From contig OX597833.1 of assembly GCA_951406725.2 (NCBI GenBank), forward strand, positions 65,348,001 through 65,412,000: a stretch of DNA of 64,000 nt, in the 5' to 3' direction. Below the pieces are notes generated by a model. It had not been told where the DNA came from. It was given only the letters and a program-made list of their open reading frames with translations, and made no database searches. Position numbers and translations under genes: made by a program. Below, piece after piece: positions 56,946 through 64,000 of this stretch. Each line of letters starts with the position of its first letter. Position 1 is the first letter of the stretch. The DNA is from Octopus vulgaris (lineage: Eukaryota).

Positions 56946-58107
56946 CCCTCCATTCCTGTATCAATTATTCCAACATACATAAAATATGATAGAGTGAACT
57001 TAACAAAACATAAAACCATAATTATCCTTCATAAATAGCAATTTTCATTTAGTGTTTCATCTTTTTTTCCTTCGCTTCCTTTATCCGCGTTCTTTTCATT
57101 AACGCCATAACACTTCCATAAAATGGCTTAATTATGCTGCTTCAATAAAAAGGATCTTATGGAAATCATTTGCATAACTATTGCATCTGTAGCATTTAGA
57201 AAGAAATCGGCTGTGATGCTTATTCTTAATTTCACGTATTGAAATATTATTAGCATATAACCTCTGGATGCAATCCATATACTTGTAGGTTTGTGTTGGT
57301 GGTGATGGTGAGATATTGTTGTTGTTGTTGTTGTTGTCGTTGTTGTTGCTGTTGTTGTTGTTGCTGTTCCTCTTGCCGTTGTTATTGCTATTTGATTTGA
57401 ATTTTTCTCCAAGATATGTGCGTTGATTAATGAGTCTTATATCCAAAAGTATTCCGATAATTGTTACCACAGATCGGATAATATCGTATTTAATTAAGCA
57501 AAGCATGAATACGCTCAAAGCCTGTAACACACACACACACACATACATACACACACAAACACATACACACATACTTATATGTAGAGGTTGATAGATACAG
57601 ATGTAGTTAGATAGATACATAGATAGATACAGATATATACAAAGATAGCTAGATATACCATTAACGAGCTATAGATATAAATATGTCATATATTAAAGTA
57701 TATGTGTGTCTGTGTGTCTCTGTGTGTTCAATCACTATTCTTTTAGTTTATATATGCACTCGATAATACATGCATATGTATATATAATTAGTAGCTATAT
57801 GCACATATAAATAGTATATTTATATAATATATATTCAGATATTCATATATGCATTATTTACGCTACCATTCGATATCTCTAATATGCGCATATATCCATA
57901 AACATAAAACTATTATACAGCGGCTACCCCCACCCATGCCATACCTAAAAGTATAGCAGTATGTTTATACATTCCATAAAATGAATATATATATATGTGC
58001 ATGTGTATATAAATATACGTATATATTTATATGTATGTTTGTGTCTATATATATGCATATACATATATATTTATGTGTTCATGTGTGTGTGTGTGTGTGT
58101 CTGTGTG

Positions 58108-58168
<61 letters not shown>

Positions 58169-58191
58169 GTGTATATATATATATGTATGTT

Positions 58192-58257
<66 letters not shown>

Positions 58258-58344
58258 TAAAGTCGTGTGTATGCATGTATTATGTATGTATAGCAATGTG
58301 TGTTTCTATTTGAGCTTTATGTAAAAATGCATTTAATATAATAG

Positions 58345-58549
58345 TCTCAGACATGGCCGTCTGATAGGAAGTTTGTTTCTCAACCACAGTGTATGGGGTT
58401 CAGTCCCATGGCGTGGCGCCTCAGTTTCACCAAATCTACGTGTGTGGATTTAGTTGAAGGAAACTGTAGCCCGTCGTATACATATATTCGTGTGCGTGTG
58501 GTGTGCGTGTGTTATTCTATTTGTGTGTTTGTGTGGTGAGTGTGTATGT

Positions 58550-58607
<58 letters not shown>

Positions 58608-58835
58608 CGTCTGTGCGTGTGTCTTCGTGCCTGTATTTTTCCACAAACTCCGCTTGACAACCGGTGCTGATACGGTTGCGTCCCTGCAGAATAGCAATTC
58701 AGGAAAATCTATCGATGGACCAAGACTTAGTCTTGAAAAGAGAAAGTGCTGGATTCGATTCATTAGAGTAAAAAATTGTTTAAGGCGTTGCCCCAGCATG
58801 GTCGTAGTGTAGTGGCTGAAACAAGTAAAAGATAA
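58345..58835 (+). mobile_element. SINE-B, diverged, with long internal (TG)n
   Basis: Family homology. Confidence 0.75.
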
Positions 58836-58855
58836 ATGATTAAACTAAAGAATTA

Positions 58856-59368
58856 TCTATATATATAAAACTGTAGCTGTGTGAGTGCCTGTCCCCTTCG
58901 ATTTAGATTCCTAACTACTCCCACATTTTGCGGTGCAGTTTAACCAAATTCGGGTATCTTATAGTCGTCATTCATATCGAGCGCGTCTGGCTATTAGCGC
59001 GCGTCTACGATGAGTCGACGATTTTAAAAATAATTTAACATCATTTTTTATTCCATTTTAATGCATAATTTTTCGTGTGTCGATGGCGGCGGAGTTGGCG
59101 TCCATGGTCACACCTGCACCTGTTTGCTTCTCCCCCTTCTTCCCTCCCTCGTGAAGCTGTGGGGAAGGGAGTGTAAGGAAATCAACGTCGTAAAGCGTTG
59201 TCAAGGAGACCAGCGTTCTTTTAGAACAACGACTTCATGGCTTGAAGACACCAAAACAGAAATGGCTAAGAAAGCCCGAATTGGCATCTATAAGGGAAGT
59301 AACTCTCTAAAAATGCTTATATAGTTATTTCCCTTACAAACCCGAGCAACGCCGGGCGATACTGCTAG
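58856..59368 (+). mobile_element. Non-autonomous Helitron
   Basis: A|TC...hairpin...CTAG|T, highly similar to the 35976 copy. Confidence 0.92.
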
Positions 59369-59556
59369 TTCAATATATTTTAATAATTTTATTACTTTTA
59401 ATCTTTAACCCTTTGACGCCGGTATTACTTGAAGCATGCGAGACACTGCTCCGTTTTTGGGGGTTTTTTTATCTAATGAGGCCACACAAACACAGACATG
59501 GCCCATCTCTCCATTGGTCTCCTATTTAGCAAGAGACCCTTGGAATAGTCCTAGGA

Positions 59557-59943
59557 TGACGTGGAGGCGCAATGGCCTAGTGGTTAGAGCAGCGGACTCG
59601 CGGTCGTAGGATCGCGGTTTCGATTCCCAGACCGGGCGTTGTTAGTGTTTATTGAGCGAAAACACGTAAAGCTCCACGAGGCTCCGGCAGGGGATGGTGG
59701 CGACCCCTGCTGTACCCTTTCACCACAACTTTCTCTCACTCTTACTTCCTGTTTCTGTTGTACCTGTATTTCAAGGGGCCGGCCTTGTAACTCTCTGTGT
59801 CACGCAGAATATCCCCGAGAACTACGTTAAGGGTGCACGTGTCTGTGGAGTGCTCAGTCACTTACACGTTAATTTCACGAGCAGGCTGTTCCGTTGACCG
59901 GATCAACCGGAACCCTCGTCGTCGTAACCGACGGAGTGCTTCC
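59557..59943 (+). mobile_element. SINE-C, full-length young copy with 12-bp TSD
   Basis: tRNA-like head (tggcctagtgg A-box, tttcgattccc B-box). Perfect TSD atagtcctagga at 59545-59556 and 59944-59955. Confidence 0.92.
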
Positions 59944-60734
59944 ATAGTCCTAGGAAGAGGAATAAACTAAGCACACTTTTGAAGCTTCCTCTTTGTCTCT
60001 CTCTCTTTCTCATTCTCTCCCCTGTGTAATTACCTGTTCATATATCTTGAAACACACGAATCTTGGACACTGTGATCCCTCTTTTGCGAAACCCCTTTAG
60101 TCGATTTTCTTTTTGCTTACCACCACCATGTTTCTTCAATTCCTCATAATCTTTATTATTGCGTTTGTTTTTGTTGTTTGTGTTGTTAATGTGTGAATGG
60201 CTAATAAAGCTATACTTTGACGTGACTGTAATTCGAACACGAGACCGTAGGTTTTGATATCTCATTTCAATTATTTAAAATGAATTGAAACAAGAAACGA
60301 CGAAATTGAGTTAGGTAAAGGGAAGTAACAAGTCACAATAAAATGAGTGAACGAGAGAGTGATAGGAAGAGAGACATAAAAGATTAGAGAAATGGAAACA
60401 AGACCACAGTGAGGGGAAATGAAGGGGTCGTAGAATTAGAATTGTGGATATAGAGAGGATGCAAACTCGATGAAAGAGATTGATTGTATTGTGCACTAAG
60501 AGAGAGGCTGAGAGAGAGAGAGAGAGAGGAAAAGAGAGGGTGAAAACTAGAAAACTTTCGGTGAGAAGGGTGAGGGAAAAGGAGAGCTAAATTACTAGAT
60601 TTCAGCATTGAGGTAGCATCCAATAAGTTCCGCTTGTTACACACAGAAGTAGATACAGGCGTACGCAATTCTTCTCATACAAGACACAAGTGTGTGTATG
60701 GGAATATACATTTATATATATATGTATGTATTCA

Positions 60735-60831
<97 letters not shown>

Positions 60832-61231
60832 GGAGAACACATGTATGTGCTAACTAGGTACTCATTAATCTCAGGAAGAATTAATTAGGGAAACATCACC
60901 AGCCAATGTAGCAAAGCAGTATCGTAAAATAAAGAATCGTGAAACTGACACGCAGAAAGCCAAGCTTGCGGTATATTAATAATTCTTTGAAACGTCTAAA
61001 TATCCGATCATTTACGTTCGCTTGTAGATTATTATTAAAGTACAGCAACACAGGCAGAATTGACATTATCCAAATATTGGTGTATATAATTATATGGGGC
61101 TAATTAATTCGCTCTGCGATTAATTAATTTCTATGCATGTCTCCAAGAAATTAATATGTTTACGTACAAATATTGTTCACAGGCATACACATGCTTGCAA
61201 ACACCCATACTTATATAAATATATATATATG

Positions 61232-61322
<91 letters not shown>

Positions 61323-61339
61323 CATAATTCTTCTTTACA

Positions 61340-61530
61340 CTGTTACTTGTTTCCGTCATTAGTTTGTGGTCACGCTGGAGCACCGCTTTATATGGTTAGT
61401 CGAACAAATTGTCTTAGAACGAAGTTTATGGTTGGTAGTTATTATATCGGTAAGTTACGGGATATGTAAACAAACGGACACCGCTTGTCAAATATTGGGA
61501 CAACGATCGTAAAAACAACGACTCACACAT
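61340..61530 (-). mobile_element. SINE-B 3' fragment
   Basis: gctggagcaccgc...taagttacgggatatgtaaacaaac...ttgtcaa. Confidence 0.7.
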
Positions 61531-61538
61531 ACACATAC

Positions 61539-61595
<57 letters not shown>

Positions 61596-61727
61596 TATAG
61601 ATATATATATATATGAAAATATGGATGTGTTTCATATATATTTATATATATATGTGTGTGTGTGTGTGTGTTTGTTATTCGAAAATATACACACACTTAG
61701 ATGCATAAATATGTATATATATATATA

Positions 61728-61925
61728 ATTCGCTTTGGGATTTGGTTTGCAAGATTCTTTATGTTTCTTCCTGTGTTGAAGCATATTTTGTTGTGTCTGG
61801 GGAGAGTCATTTTCTTTTTGTGCTTTATAATTTAACATACTCACCGGTAAAATTTCCACTTATTCCTTATTTTTATTTTCCTAAAATTTTCTTTGCATGT
61901 TGCAAACTTTTCAATAGTCTTGACA
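61728..61925. repeat. Repeat family F, most complete copy
   Basis: Homologous to the 19265 and 33301 copies, flanked by (TA)n. Confidence 0.75.
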
Positions 61926-61928
61926 CAA

Positions 61929-62006
<78 letters not shown>

Positions 62007-62012
62007 TATATA

Positions 62013-62188
62013 TAATTGCAGTCGTAGAAGGTGTTTATAAGCCATTGAAGAAACACACAAAATCCGTTGGATCACTTTACGGTCTCAAAGCGATGAAAAT
62101 ATTTTGACAAATTAAATTTAAATGTTGAAGTGAATCCAACGGTTTTTGTGTGTTTCTGAAATGGCTTATAAACACCTTCCACGCTGCA

Positions 62189-62192
<4 letters not shown>
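62013..62192. mobile_element. MITE with TIRs of about 65 bp in (TA)n
   Basis: aattgcag.cgt.gaaggtgtttataagccatt..agaaacacacaaaa.ccgttggat and its reverse complement. TA flanks suggest a Tc1/mariner derivative. Confidence 0.85.
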
Positions 62193-62226
<34 letters not shown>

Positions 62227-62229
<3 letters not shown>

Positions 62230-62864
62230 GCAGTATCGCCCGGCGTTGCTCGGGTTTGTAAGGGAAATAACTATATAAGCATTTTTAGAGAGTTATAGCC
62301 AAAAAATAGCAAAAAATGCATTAAAAATGGAAAAAATATGATGGTAAATTTTTTTGAAAAATCGTTGACTCATCGTAGACATTTTTAGAGAGTTACTTCC
62401 GTTATATAATAGCGAAAAAATGCATTAAAATGGAAAAAAAACGATGGTAATTTTTTTTTTAAATCGTAGACTCATGTAGACGCTTTCTTAGCCATTTCTG
62501 TTTTGGTGTCTTCAAGCCATGAAGTCGTTGTTCTAAAAGAACGCTGGTCTCCTTGACAACGCATTACGACGTTGATTTCCTTACACTCCCTTCCCCACAG
62601 GTGCAGGTGTGAGCGTGGACGCCAACTCCGCCGCCATCGACACACGAAAAATTATGCATTAAAATGGAATAAAAAATAATGTTAAATTATTTTTAAAATC
62701 GTAGACTCATCGTAGACGCGCGCTAATACTCAGACGGGCTCGATATGAATGACGACTATAAGCTACCCGAATTTGGTTAAACTGCACCGCAAAATGTGGG
62801 AGTAGTTAGGAATCTAAATCGAAGGGGACAGACACTCACACAACTACAGTTTTATATATATAGA
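62227..62864 (-). mobile_element. Non-autonomous Helitron, chimeric with internal duplications
   Basis: 5' TC at 62864, 3' hairpin, CTAG mutated to CTAT. The block gtctacgatgagtc.acgatt...aatgcat occurs three times. Confidence 0.88.
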
Positions 62865-62874
62865 TATACATAGC

Positions 62875-63318
62875 GCAGTAGTGGTGAGATGTGACAGCAA
62901 AGAAAAGCATACATTCACTCTCTGCATGCAATTAGACTCGGAAAGTTCGTGAGGAACCTATTGACCCAATTTGCTGACTTTTCCGATAGCACACAGGTCT
63001 CAATGAATGGTTGAATGACCAAATCCAAGCTTCTCTGCTAGTTCCTCAACAGTTACGATGAGAATTTATTCCACCAGGGTTTTCAGGATGTCCTTATCGA
63101 GTTCTACAGATCTTTCAGGATGAGGCTCGTCTTCTAGGCTGTTCCAATATAGCTTTGAAAAAAATAGCTGTTAAAATCGAAATGCACTCTTCAAAACTTG
63201 CACTATGAATAAGGACAAGATAAAATTACTACCTGCTTTTATAGCATTGTTAATATAAGTAGTTTATCCCATTCCCCTCTGACTTTTAGTTCAAGCTGTT
63301 GAAAAAACCGCATTATTA
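62875..63318 (-). mobile_element. Second mariner family, deleted relic
   Basis: SLEDEPHPERSVELDKDILKTLVE*..TVEELAEKLGFGHSTIH*DLCAIGKVSKLGQ*VPHELSE (WVPHEL motif). TIR-like ataatgcggttttt. Confidence 0.88.
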
Positions 63319-63674
63319 TATATATATATATACATACATACATACATATACACACACACTCTCTCTCTCACACACATGCACACATTTATATTCTGTTATT
63401 CTTTTATATGTTTCAGCCTTGAGGTTGTGGCCATGCTGGATCATGTGTGTGTGTGTGTGTCTATCTGTCTGTCTGTCTGTATGTATATATGTATATGTAT
63501 GTGTGTGAACAATAATATTTTCAACAGATGTGTTGCAAATGTATCTGATTGTTCTCAAGCTTCAATACTATGTGTGTGTGTATGTGTGTGTGTATGTATG
63601 TATGTATATGTATGTATGTATATGTATGTATGTATGTATGTGTGTATGTATGTATGTGTGTGTGTATGTATGTA

Positions 63675-63707
<33 letters not shown>

Positions 63708-64000
63708 ATGTATGTATGTATGTATGTATGTATGTATGTATGTATGAGTGTATGTTTACTTTATTACTAACACAAGCCACTACGGTTATTTTATGTAAAG
63801 TCTTCCTCAAATCACTATCTCTGGCTATTTACTCTCTTCCAAGAACATTTTCACTCACACTTGTGTTAGCTTCCCATACATTTTACTCATGTATCTATCA
63901 GCGCGATAGAGAGAAACAAATATTACATCTAGTTTCACTTTATTCGTTGCCCACTGTGTGTGTGCGTTTGCGTGTGGTGTAAACCAGACTAAGAAAAGCA

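Noticed and set aside
59557-59640. tRNA gene
   Set aside because: A and B boxes are present, but the sequence continues into a SINE body bounded by a TSD and has no proper acceptor stem.

Overview
AT-rich, microsatellite-saturated eukaryotic DNA, non-coding or intronic. The repeat landscape (tRNA-derived SINE families, huge (TA)n/(GATA)n/(TATG)n arrays) looks like an Octopus-type cephalopod genome; this is inferred, not verified. No intact host gene is supportable, and most ORFs in the track are simple-repeat artefacts. The window holds decayed mariner and DD37D/maT-like transposons, 3' fragments of CR1, RTE-X, Tx1 and R4/Dong LINEs, five copies of a non-autonomous Helitron, at least four SINE families and several long foldback (MITE-like) elements. 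Three observations stand out. (1) Minimal type I hammerhead-ribozyme cores are dispersed through the window, and two of them sit in the spacer of unrelated long inverted-repeat elements (28078-28443, 35463-35817). (2) One SINE variant carries a Tx1-like LINE tail and always abuts the same GGTATTTYGTC motif from its own tRNA-derived head, building tandem arrays. (3) A Tx1 LINE family is apparently specific for (TCTA)n. All alignments and folds were done by eye, so boundaries may be off by a few bases.
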